Shown here: in pieces, positions 22,772-32,140 of the stretch
How positions within the stretch are numbered: position 1 is the first letter of the stretch
Layout: every line of letters begins with the position of its first letter
Origin: an uncultured Planctomycetota bacterium
GTDB lineage: Bacteria; Planctomycetota; Planctomycetia; Isosphaerales; Isosphaeraceae
DNA length: 64,000 nt
Assembly: GCA_963845755.1 (NCBI GenBank)
Contig: CAWJTV010000029.1
Span: 256,001-320,000, forward strand
Direction: 5' to 3'
Made by a program: the position numbers and the translations under genes
The notes under the pieces: generated by a model
Seen by the model: only the letters and a program-made list of their open reading frames with translations
Database searches by the model: none
What the model was told of the DNA's origin: nothing

Positions 22772-23152
22772 CGCCCTAGAATGTGCGGATGATGGCCTCC
22801 CCGATTTCCCGGCCTCGATCGATGTCCGTCGGCGCCTCTGCGGACACGTTCATCAATTCAAAGACAGACGCCTGCCCTCGCTGGCTGTTCGACCAGTAAT
22901 CGAAACCGTCTGCATTGCACGCTCTGACCGGTCGGAGGCGATTTCGCCAGACGATTTCGCTAGGCGGATGCTGCCGATTTCATACGCTGCACGGCCACTT
23001 CGGTGGTCCATACGGCGTGTGTGATTAGCGACAATTAGATTTCCTTGTTGACGACAATTAGAATTCCCTACTCGGCCATAGTGTACAAGCCCCTGGGATT
23101 CTGGCCAATTGACCATCCCTCTCGCCTCTGGGATCAACCATTCCTGCGCCGT

Positions 23153-23931
23153 TCATCCCTCCTCTCGTGCGTCTGTCGGTTCCACCGGCTTTTGACGCGA
23201 CTTCTTGGCCTGCTCGGCTCGGTAGCTCGGAACGTTCAACTCCACGATCACGCTATGGTGCACCAGCCGGTCGATGGCGGCGGCGGTCGTCATCGGATCC
23301 TTGAAGATCGCCTCCCATCCCGAAAACGGCAGGTTGCTCGTCAGCATCACGCTCCCGCGCTCGTACCGTTCCGCCAGCAGGTTGAAGAGCACCTCCATCT
23401 CGTCCCGGCTGTATTGTACGTATCCAATATCGTCAAGGATCAGCACCTCATATCGGGAAATCTTCTTGAGAAAACCGCGCAGCTTCAGGTCGCGCTTCGC
23501 GGCCAACAGATCTTGAACCATCAAGGCGGCACGTCGCGAACATCACCTTCCGCCCCGAGCGGATCAGTTCCTGCCCGATCGCGCACGCCACGTGGCTCTT
23601 GCCACTGCCGGGATTCCCGAATATGAGCACATTGTCATTTCGTCCAACAAAATCGCCTTCGAGCAGAGTTCTGACCTGCTGCGCCGCCTTGGACGGCAGT
23701 CGCTTCAGGTCCAGGCTTGACAGGTTCTTTTCCATGAACAGCCTCGATTCTCGCAACAACCGCTCGACCCGGTGGGAACGCCGCGACTCGCACTCGCGCT
23801 CCGCCAGATCCAGGAGGTAACGTTCGTAACTGGTTCGACTCCTGACGGGCTCGTGCCGCCGCCGATTCGTACGCCTGCCGGATCGTCGGCAGGTGGAGCT
23901 CGCGAAGGCAGTCCGTCAGAGACTCATGCAC
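23153..23931 (-). CDS. istB: IS21 helper ATPase, two frameshifts
   Basis: LRELHLPTIR, GNPGSGKSH, LILDDIGY, TSNLPFSGW, DRLVHH. Confidence 0.92.
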
Positions 23932-25427
23932 ATCGATTGGCTTACTGATGGAATATCCTCCCTGGTCTCGAGTAACAGGTCGTACATCGACAAATCCACC
24001 GTCGTGACGACCACCTCCATCGCGCGAGGCAGGCCCAGGTCGTGACCCAGGTGCTCCGTGACGACGGTCGGGGTGATCGGCATGTTCCCGTCCAAGAGCC
24101 GGCCCAGGACGGCGTCGACCCCGACTTCCGACTCCTTCGCCGCCAACTCCAGGATCCGGAGATAATCCTTGGTGGCGCGGGCCGGGCTTTGTGCCAGCAA
24201 GACGTCGTAGGCTCGGCGAAACCGGCCGGTTGGGAACATCGCGTCCCGGTGCCGATAGGCCGCGAACGCCCCCGGCTTGCGCACCAACCAGTCGATCACG
24301 TGCCGATAGTTAATCACGTGTTTGTTGTGGCCGCGCTGCCGAGGGACCCTTTCAATCAGCGCCGCGCCGTGCCACACCTCCAGGCATTCCGCCATCACAT
24401 GGACATCGACCTGTTCACCGATGAGTCGGCTCGGCACCGAGTAGGTGTTGGAGCCAACCCGGATCGTACTCCCCTGGGTGACCCGCACCCGGCGCCGGTG
24501 CCAGGCGTCCACCCGCCGCGAGGGGAGGTCCTTCAGCAACAGTCGTTCCTCGGTGAACCGCGGGATCCGTCCGCTGTTGCGCTGAGCGAAGACCTGGCGA
24601 AGGAACAGCTCGTAGGCTGCTCGGTCGGCGAAATCGCGGCCGCTGCGCAACATCAGGGCCTGATCCATCGCTTGTTTGAACCGGTTATGACTCTGTTCGG
24701 CGTCTCCGTTCTGGTTGGCCTTACCAGCCTGGATGGCTTGAGGTGCCATGCCATAGTGGGCCATCAAGGCGCGGTATCGTTGCTGGAACAAGTCCCGATC
24801 GCCGAGGTTGTTGACCGCGGCCGTGAGCCGATCGGTGCGATGAGTCTGGGGAACCCCTCCCAGTTCCCAAAGGGCGTTCTGGAGCCCCTGGCTGAGGCTC
24901 TCGAAACTTTCGGAGAAACAGACGGTGCCGGTCTCCCAGTTGGAGTAGGTCAGAACGAAGTGATAGACCAGGTGATCGAACGATTGGCCAGCGAGTGTGA
25001 CCTGCAAATCGTTCAGGGAAGTGAAGTCGGAGGCGCCGAACGCGCCGGGCGTGTGGATCTGATCGAAGAAAACCTCCTTGGGTGGACCGTCGGTGGCCCG
25101 CCACGCTTTGATCTTCCGTTGCAAGGTCCGGAGCTGGCCGTCGGGGAACCGGCCCGGGAAGCGATGCTGAAGATCCTCAAACAGGGTCTTGGCTTGGAGC
25201 CCCGGGTTGAGCACCAGCCGATCGTGGAGTTCCGGCCAGACTTCCTGGAACGGATCCTCCCGGGTCCGCCAGGTCTTGGGAGTCCACGATTCACTGGGCA
25301 GGCGATCCGAGTCTCGGTACTTTTGAGCGGTCTTGGCGTCCATACCCACCTTCCAAGCCGCACGGTAGAGCGGCATTCCCTCGCCGAGAAGCTGGCGAAG
25401 CTTGAGAACCTGGATGTCCTTGGTCAT
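23916..25427 (-). CDS. istA: IS21 transposase
   Basis: RTREDPF, GQLRTLQR, SDFT, TDRL, NQNGDAEQ, YSVPSRLIG. Confidence 0.95.
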   Translation of the reverse strand: MTKDIQVLKLRQLLGEGMPLYRAAWKVGMDAKTAQKYRDSDRLPSESWTPKTWRTREDPFQEVWPELHDRLVLNPGLQAKTLFEDLQHRFPGRFPDGQLRTLQRKIKAWRATDGPPKEVFFDQIHTPGAFGASDFTSLNDLQVTLAGQSFDHLVYHFVLTYSNWETGTVCFSESFESLSQGLQNALWELGGVPQTHRTDRLTAAVNNLGDRDLFQQRYRALMAHYGMAPQAIQAGKANQNGDAEQSHNRFKQAMDQALMLRSGRDFADRAAYELFLRQVFAQRNSGRIPRFTEERLLLKDLPSRRVDAWHRRRVRVTQGSTIRVGSNTYSVPSRLIGEQVDVHVMAECLEVWHGAALIERVPRQRGHNKHVINYRHVIDWLVRKPGAFAAYRHRDAMFPTGRFRRAYDVLLAQSPARATKDYLRILELAAKESEVGVDAVLGRLLDGNMPITPTVVTEHLGHDLGLPRAMEVVVTTVDLSMYDLLLETREDIPSVSQSMCMSL

Positions 25428-26335
25428 GGTGGTTGCCTCCTGACCGAGGAGGAAACCACGTAGTGAACAACCAAGCGAGAGGAGGCGGGAATTCTGATTG
25501 TCGCTGGGCGGGAATTCTAATTGTCGCTAATCAGTTGGCGATGTATCGGTAGTTGACCATGGCCGCGCTGTAAGCATCGCCTTCCTCGTTGCGCCCAGCG
25601 GCTATGGCGTCTCGCACCATCGCTACCTCGAAGCCCTCTTCGACGAGGTCGCGCATGTGTCCCTCGAGGCAGAGGTTCCCCACAGGGCCCGCCATGATCA
25701 CCTTCTCGATGCGACGCATGCGCAGCTGCTTGATCACGTCGTTCGTGCGCGCCGACATACCCTTATGTAGTGACGTATTGCATGTCTTCCCATCCTGGAG
25801 ATACTTCCGGTATCGCTCCGGAAAATCAGCCCCGGACCCCACGAAGCCTTCCAGGCTCAGAGGATCCTTCCGCAAGACGAAGCCCACCTGCACGAGGTAA
25901 TGCGAGATAGCACCGCCAGGAGCGACCCACTGGCCATCGGTCGGGTAGTAGTAGTGCGGCGAGTGGATGACCGGGAAGCCGCATTCCTTGGCGCAGCGCA
26001 AGAGCTCTTCCAAGTGATCGGGCACCTTGTTGGCTCTCAGGCTCTCCTCGATCAATGGATAATACGTCCCGCCCTCTGTCAGGAACTCGTTCTGGACGTC
26101 CGCCAAGAACAATGCGGTGTGACCCTTGTCGAGCTGCATCTCCGGGTTGCGGTGGATAAACGTGAACATCCGAAATCTCCTTCATGTCTAATAAACCCGT
26201 GGATTGACGTCGATCCCTTGCTCGGGACGGTCTTGCAACCGGAGCACGTCCCGCGTTATTGAGGAGCGGCATCTAACTGAGCGATCAGCCAGATGCCGCC
26301 GGACATCCTTCCAGAGTCTTCCCCTTCGCGAGCGG

Positions 26336-27190
26336 TCAAACCGCGTCGTTAATTCGCCCAATCCTCCGATGGAGCTCGCCAAAATTGATCGCCGAGGTGG
26401 TCGAGGGCTTCTCGCCGGTGCCCTTCGCCAGGTCGCCGGACAAGAGCTCGGTCGCGGCCTTTGCCAGATTGCCCATGACACGCGCGTAGAGCGCGACGCC
26501 GAGGATGAGCCGCTTTACGCCCGCCGCCTGGACCTCGGCCCAAGGTGCAGTCCCCTGCATGGTCCCCACGACGAGATTCACCGGCTTCGGGGCGACTGCG
26601 CGGACGATGGCGCGAACCGCGTCCATATCGGTCGGATACGGCGCGAAAAGGACGTCGGCACCGACTTCGGCGAACGCGACGAGACGCTTGATCGTGTCGT
26701 CGAGATCGGGCCGGCCCTGGAGGAAGTTGTCCGTGCGGCCCGTGAGCACGATGCGTCCCTTGGCGACCTTGGCGGCGGCCTTCACCCTGGCTATGGCCTT
26801 GTCGAAGTCGTGGATCGGCCGCTCGGGGTCGGCGGTGGTGTCCTCGATGCCGACGCCGGCCAGTCCCGCGGCGATCGCTGCCTCGACCGTTTCCGCGACG
26901 TCGCTAGGCTCCGGGCCGAAGCCGTCCTCGAGATCGCCGTTCAGAGGGAGGCCCGTGACGCGTACGATTAGCCGTGCGTTGGTCAGGTGTTCATCACGGC
27001 TGACCGCATGACGCCCGTCCAGCCGACCGAGGGACAGGGCGATCGCCGCCGAGGACGTGCCCAGTGCCTCGAAGCCGGCGTCCTTCATCAAGAGGGCGGA
27101 CGCGCCGTCCCAGGGATTCGGCATGATGAATCCCCCGGGTCTTTCGTGCAGGGCGCGGAAGCGTTTGTGGAGTTCTGGCTGACTAGGCAT
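26336..27190 (-). CDS. Isocitrate lyase/PEP mutase family protein
   Basis: PNPWDGASA, GTSSAA, DLEDGFG, GIED, GADVLF. Confidence 0.9.
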   Translation of the reverse strand: MPSQPELHKRFRALHERPGGFIMPNPWDGASALLMKDAGFEALGTSSAAIALSLGRLDGRHAVSRDEHLTNARLIVRVTGLPLNGDLEDGFGPEPSDVAETVEAAIAAGLAGVGIEDTTADPERPIHDFDKAIARVKAAAKVAKGRIVLTGRTDNFLQGRPDLDDTIKRLVAFAEVGADVLFAPYPTDMDAVRAIVRAVAPKPVNLVVGTMQGTAPWAEVQAAGVKRLILGVALYARVMGNLAKAATELLSGDLAKGTGEKPSTTSAINFGELHRRIGRINDAV

Positions 27191-27315
27191 CTTCGATGTC
27201 CTCCTCCTTCGGTTCTGAACTACGACCGCGGATTGCCCCCGTCTCCGCTCGCGGACGATCTCACGATCGAGACGTCTTATTATTGGCACGAGTACACCGA
27301 GCATGACCGACAATC

Positions 27316-27414
27316 AGGCAGCAAATCCTGCCAAATTGCTGCCTACCAATCTCGGCCTATTTTCATCGTCGCCCCTGTCAGTTTTAATGCGGGTGAGGCA
27401 GCAAATCCTGCCAA
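27316..27414 (+). promoter_or_regulatory. Duplicated 19-bp site AGGCAGCAAATCCTGCCAA (27316, 27396), putative AraC/GlxA operator
   Basis: Exact direct repeat 80 bp apart in the divergent intergenic region. Confidence 0.55.
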
Positions 27415-27452
27415 GTTACTGGCGAGTTTGACTTGCAACGGAGGGGCCAGCC

Positions 27453-28418
27453 GTGACTAATCGGAGTGTGGTGCTCGTGGGTTTCGAAGGGGCGTTTGCC
27501 CTCGATCTCATAGGACCCTGGGAGGTGTTGGCCATGGCCGGGCCCGATCATTACTCCCTGAGGATCGCCACTCTGGGCGGGGGCTCGTTCAAGTCCAGTT
27601 CGGGGGCGAGGCTGGAAGCCCATGCGGCCCTGGAACGCGTGCGGGGCCCGATAGACACCCTGCTGATATCTGGCGGAGACGGAATCTTCGCCGCCGGGGC
27701 CGACCCAGACTTCCTCAGGCACATTAGGCGGCTGGCCGCGACCGCCAGGCGAGTCGGCTCGATCTGCACTGGTGCGTTCGGCCTGGCCGCGGCCGGGCTG
27801 CTCGACGGCCGCAAGGCCACCACGCACTGGGCGTATTGCGACCGGATGGCCGCCGAGTACCCGCAGGTGTCCCTCGACCCAGACCCGATCTTCGTCAAGG
27901 ACGGCAACGTGTACACATCCGCCGGGGTAACCGCCGGGATGGACCTGGCGCTGTCACTCGTGGAGGAGGATCTCGGCCACAATCCGGCGATGCATGCGGC
28001 CCGGCATCTCGTCCTGTTCGTCCGCCGACCGGGGGGGCAGTCGCAGTTCTCGGCGGCGCTCGAGCTCCAGGCGGCCGACCGGCAGCCGCTCCGCGACCTA
28101 CAGTCGTGGCTGGCGGACAATCTGGCGGCGGACCTCTCCGTAGAGGTCCTCGCCGCGCGGGTCCACATGAGTCCGCGGAACTTCGCCCGGGCATTCACCG
28201 ATGAAGTTGGGACCACCCCCGCCCGGTACGTCGAGCGGGTGCGGGTCGAGGCCGCCAGGCGGCGGCTGGAGGAATCCGACGACGGGATAGATCGTGTGGC
28301 GACGTCGTGCGGATTCGGCAGCGGCAACTCGATGCGGCGATCTTTCCTCAGAGTGATCAAGGTGCCGCCGGCCGACTATCGGGCGCGATTCCGGTCGAAG
28401 CCTCGTATCGGAGCGTGA
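27453..28418 (+). CDS. GlxA-family AraC regulator (DJ-1/PfpI + HTH)
   Basis: SICTGAF, ATTHW, TSAGVTAG, RRPGGQSQFS, MSPRNFARAF. Confidence 0.93.
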   Translation: MTNRSVVLVGFEGAFALDLIGPWEVLAMAGPDHYSLRIATLGGGSFKSSSGARLEAHAALERVRGPIDTLLISGGDGIFAAGADPDFLRHIRRLAATARRVGSICTGAFGLAAAGLLDGRKATTHWAYCDRMAAEYPQVSLDPDPIFVKDGNVYTSAGVTAGMDLALSLVEEDLGHNPAMHAARHLVLFVRRPGGQSQFSAALELQAADRQPLRDLQSWLADNLAADLSVEVLAARVHMSPRNFARAFTDEVGTTPARYVERVRVEAARRRLEESDDGIDRVATSCGFGSGNSMRRSFLRVIKVPPADYRARFRSKPRIGA

Positions 28419-28475
28419 TCGTGGCAACCCGGAAGCCGGAACTAACTTCGAGGAAAACCGCTCCGGAAGACTCTA

Positions 28476-29696
28476 GTGCTCTGTCACAGCTTAATTTTGG
28501 GGTAGATCGACTTCAATTTGGAGCGGGCATCGTCGATCTTCATCTGCCAATCCACTCCGCGCTGGGTGCTGTTGACGTCGGTTGACCAAGCGGTGGTCTC
28601 CACTCGCAGCGCCTGGGCATCACCGAAGCGGCGGCCGGCTATACACTGCCGCGTCAACGAGCTGAGCTCGTTCTCGGCGATGTTCAGCCAACTGCCGTGC
28701 TTGGGGGTGTAGCAGAACTCGATGCGGCGGACCAACTGGCGAGCACGGGGCGGTGCAAAGACTTCGTAGAAGGCACCCTTGGTGTGCGTGTTCAAGTTGT
28801 CGCATACCACGATCACTCGCTCGGCACTGGCATAACGGCCCTCCAACAGCGCGGCCATCTCGATCGCCCAGTCAACCTTGGTCTTGGTATCCCGGACGGC
28901 CACCTCGCGCCAGCCCGCCAGCGGCTCGGTGAACATAAAGATGTTCGCCGTCCCGGCACGCTCGTATTCGTAGTCAACGCGCTTGGCGTGTCGGCGCGTG
29001 GCAGGGATCGGCACGCGGGACTCCTTCAGCAATTGCACCGGCTGTTCGTCCATGGACAGGATCGGCCGCATCGAGTCGTAAGGCTTGGCGTAGGTCTCCA
29101 GCACCTCTTCCATGTGGGCCACGAACTCACCGTCAGCCTCGGGCGGGATGACCCAGTACTCGATCTTGCGGTTGGTCATCCCGTTTTTTTCAGAGTCCGC
29201 CGCACCGTCTCGTAACTGACGGTTTCGACGATCCCCAGTTCCACCACCTTTCGAGCTAAGAGCCGCAGCGTCCAGTTGGCATAACCCGGGGGCGGTGACC
29301 CGAGCCGTGTGGCGATGATCTTCGCCTCCTGTTCGCCGTTGAGTAGCTTCTCGACCGGCGGCATCTGGCGCCTGCTGCGGTCCAATGCCTCTCGAAAGCC
29401 GTACTCCACGAGACGCTGACGAATGTTCTCGACGGTCTGCGTTCGGCATCCGAACGCCTCGGCGATGCGACGATCGGTCCAGTTCGGACCGTCCGCATCG
29501 GCCTTGAACAGGATCTGGGCGCGTTGAACCTTCTCGCTGGTTCCCTTCAACTTCTTGATCACGGCCGCCAACTCGTCCCGTTCCTCAGCCGTAAGCCGGA
29601 CAATGTACTTCTTGTTCATGGGGGCCTCCTTGTTCCCCGTATCATCCACGGTCGCGGAGGTTTCCCCAACCCCAATTTTTAGCTGTGACAAAGCAC
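28476..29696 (-). mobile_element. IS630-family element with frameshifted transposase (29619-28484)
   Basis: TIR GTGCTYTGTCACAGCT, TA on both flanks; MNKKYIVRL HTH, MDEQP, DNLNTH, SWLNIAE; A7 slippery site 29184-29190. Confidence 0.95.
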
Positions 29697-29841
29697 TAGT
29701 CGGTGACTTGGTGGACGCATCCTTGCGAACCGCCTCAGTCGCTTTCCATGTATCGCCCGCGATACTTCCGTAACTCTCGCGATGCTCGAAGGCTTCGGCC
29801 GGGCAGACTCGGCGGCGTCTCACGAGCCGCACAACATCGTG

Positions 29842-30080
29842 TTACGCGGCTGCGGGATTGCCGGGCGTTCTTGCGGCAACGCCGGCGACGTCGGTGCCCT
29901 CGAGCCGTGGCAGGATCGACTTGGCTTCGAGTCCCCCCGCGAAACCGGCGAACTTGCCAGTCGATTCGATGCCTCGGTGGCACGGCCCGATGATGGCGAT
30001 CGGGTTCTTTCCGTTGGCGGCGCCGACGGCCCTCACGGCGGCTGGGCTGCCGATCTGTCTAGCCAGTTCGCCGTACGTGC
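29842..30080 (-). pseudogene. 3' fragment of O6-methylguanine-DNA methyltransferase (ogt/ada-like)
   Basis: [32 protein letters not shown]; 5' part missing. Confidence 0.8.
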
Positions 30081-30473
30081 GTCTTCATTCCGGGGACACC
30101 TAACTCGGGCCCGCTTGCCAATGCGCGTCCCGGAATGGATGGTCCTGAGTAGTGCGACTCGGGGCTGGCGCAAGGTAGGCCCCTGTCGAACTCTTCCCTT
30201 GTCGAGCTAGTCGGACGGAACTGAGCCGCTCTTCGGCTGCGTCGGCATCATGAATCGCCTGTCGGCAGAAATCGGCCGGAAGTTCGGTGGCGATGTCGGC
30301 GAATTGGCAGGCGAATCGACTGAGAGCCGTTCTGTGAACAACGACTTAAGTTGTTCTTAGTGAGATGCTTACGATCAATACCGGCAACCTGAGACTCTCA
30401 AGGCGGCGGGTAACTTACCCGCGTCTTTGATAGGCGTAAGTCATTACAATAAAAAGAGTTGCAACATAAGAAT

Positions 30474-30502
30474 TGGAGGCGGCGTGAATTGCACCCGCGG
30501 CC
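30474..30502 (-). other. Degenerate tRNA/tmRNA 3'-end fragment (att-like scar)
   Basis: Minus strand GGCCGCGGGTGCAATTCACGCCGCCTCCA resembles a T-arm plus acceptor end; no 5' half present. Confidence 0.5.
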
Positions 30503-30762
30503 CAGATACCGCAAGTCCTTTCTCCGCATGATACTTGCGTCCACAATGGATGCCAGTGGTTGCAATATGTGTGCACGGATGCGGCACTACAGGAGCTTGT
30601 CGCGAACTGGCAACGCCTGACGCCTGCCGTCAGGACCGCCATCTTAGATCTTGAGCGGCGCGCCTGATCCTCGGGACCCGGATCGGATGTACGAGGAATC
30701 CAACCTTCGTTGAGAGACCAGTGGAGAGGGTGACTTCGACGTGTCCCGCGCTTGGAGTCGGT

Positions 30763-31110
30763 TCACTGGAGACCGAGCGCGACCCTTAGGCAGTCATCGA
30801 TCTGAGTCATCGTCGCGGCCGAGAGGGATCCCAAGACGCGAAGGATATCGCTCTGGCGCATCGTGAGCAGGTTTGTTGCGATGAGGGCCGAATCCCTCGC
30901 GAGCCCACATCCTGGCTCGACCGCCAGCTCGATCAGATGCTGCGTGGCCTCGTTTACGCGAGCGGTGTTGCCGGAGATTTGGGCAACGATCGTGTTCGTC
31001 ATCCGAGCGTTATTTCGGTCATTTTGAACGACCAGAGCGGGGCGCACCTTGGCACCACCCGTCGTGAACGGGTAATCGACCAGCACGATGTCGCCGCGAT
31101 TCACCTTCAT
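30763..31110 (-). CDS. PemK/MazF-family endoribonuclease toxin
   Basis: RGDIVLVDYPF..G.KVRPALVVQND; IDDCLRVALGL. Confidence 0.93.
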   Translation of the reverse strand: MKVNRGDIVLVDYPFTTGGAKVRPALVVQNDRNNARMTNTIVAQISGNTARVNEATQHLIELAVEPGCGLARDSALIATNLLTMRQSDILRVLGSLSAATMTQIDDCLRVALGLQ

Positions 31111-31349
31111 CGGCGGGGGTCGAGAATGTTATATTCATCCATTTGTGGATCGTCCCAACCGTCTTGTCCGAAGACCTTCATTGCGAGGGGATATGAGTCC
31201 CTCGTATCATCAGCCAAAGCACAAATACGGTCGTAGACGTCGGCCTTGAGGATGACGTACTCGGTTTGTGTCTCGGGATCGGCGAGTCGAACAGGCTCCT
31301 CGCCTGCCCTCTGGATCTCTTGCCGCTGTTCGGGGGTGAGAGTGGCCAT
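31107..31349 (-). CDS. Putative antitoxin
   Basis: 80 aa with acidic C-terminus; ATGA overlap with the toxin. Confidence 0.75.
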   Translation of the reverse strand: MATLTPEQRQEIQRAGEEPVRLADPETQTEYVILKADVYDRICALADDTRDSYPLAMKVFGQDGWDDPQMDEYNILDPRR

Positions 31350-31569
31350 ATGGGCGCTCCTTCTGTGATACGAACATTCTAACCGAGCTCAGTCCGGTTG
31401 TCTCGGGCAGGCACACCGGAAACCCGGGCGCACGCACTCAGTCAATGGTCTGACTGTCTTGTCGGCTCTTTTCTGGTAAGCTCATGAAATCCGGGCGCGA
31501 CGATGCGGCGTGTTCTTACGTTCGGCTGGACGAAAAGCTGGACCAACGCCGCGCGATGTTGAGGGTGCC

Positions 31570-31686
31570 ATGAGCGAAGAATCGATGCGGACTCACGACG
31601 TCTTCCTGAGCTACTCCACGAAAGACAAGACCTGGGCCGACGCGGCGTGCTCAGTGCTCGAGCAGCATCAGGTTGGGCAAACCTGA
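31570..31686 (+). pseudogene. N-terminal fragment of a TIR-domain protein
   Basis: Manual translation MSEESMRTHDVFLSYSTKDKTWADAACSVLEQHQVGQT*. Confidence 0.7.
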
Positions 31687-31714
31687 TAGATCCCAGACTC
31701 TCAGCCTCCCTGTC

Positions 31715-31975
31715 TCATAATCCGACTTGCTCAAAACGCGGATCACTCTGGAAACGCTCTCTTTTTCGCTCGGTGCTGCCCCCCTCGACCTTCTCCTCCA
31801 ACTGACGGCCGCGCGCGAGCCACTCGTTGACCACTCGATTGTACTCGGCTCGAGACTGGTGAGGGTTCCCGGGGCCGAGGTAGTGATCGACTCCATTCAA
31901 GGTGACGACGGCCTGTCCGCTGGCCTCGTGCTTTCGCTAGGATGGGATCGTAGCCGCTTTCGGGGATAGGCCCAT
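31715..31975 (-). pseudogene. N-terminal remnant of a planctomycete-type tyrosine integrase
   Basis: IPS*RKHEASGQAVVTLNGVDHYLGP....SRAEYNRVVNEWLARGRQL; in-frame TAG at 31937; catalytic domain absent. Confidence 0.75.
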
Positions 31976-32140
31976 GATGCGTCTCATTTGCCCAGACAAT
32001 TGCACGCAAGTGCCAGGTAGTCTACCGAATTCGTGACCTAAGATTAACGCTGTCGTCAGAGCACTCAAGTAGTTTAAATCATAACATTTATGGCGAATAG
32101 CGTCATGTAATAGACGCATTTCCCCGGGGGAAGTCAACCC

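Larger units (their letters stand above)
23022..25533 (-). mobile_element. IS21-family element
   Basis: TG...CA ends with TIR TGATTAGCGACAATTAGAWTTCC; reiterated subterminal copies; istA and istB. Confidence 0.95.
22960..26169 (-). pseudogene. Isochorismatase/cysteine hydrolase gene split by IS21
   Basis: ALFLADVQNEF, GPVGNLCLEGH; ...YRYIAN resumes as AVWTTEVAVQRMKSAASA* at 23016-22960. Confidence 0.85.
20703..32136. mobile_element. Decayed genomic island inserted between bioB and bioF
   Basis: 30-bp direct repeats (26/30) at 20703-20732 and 32107-32136; integrase remnant at the right end; IS, TA and pseudogene cargo. Confidence 0.75.

Noticed and set aside
30474..30502. Functional tRNA or tmRNA gene
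   Set aside because: Only a degenerate 3' fragment is present.
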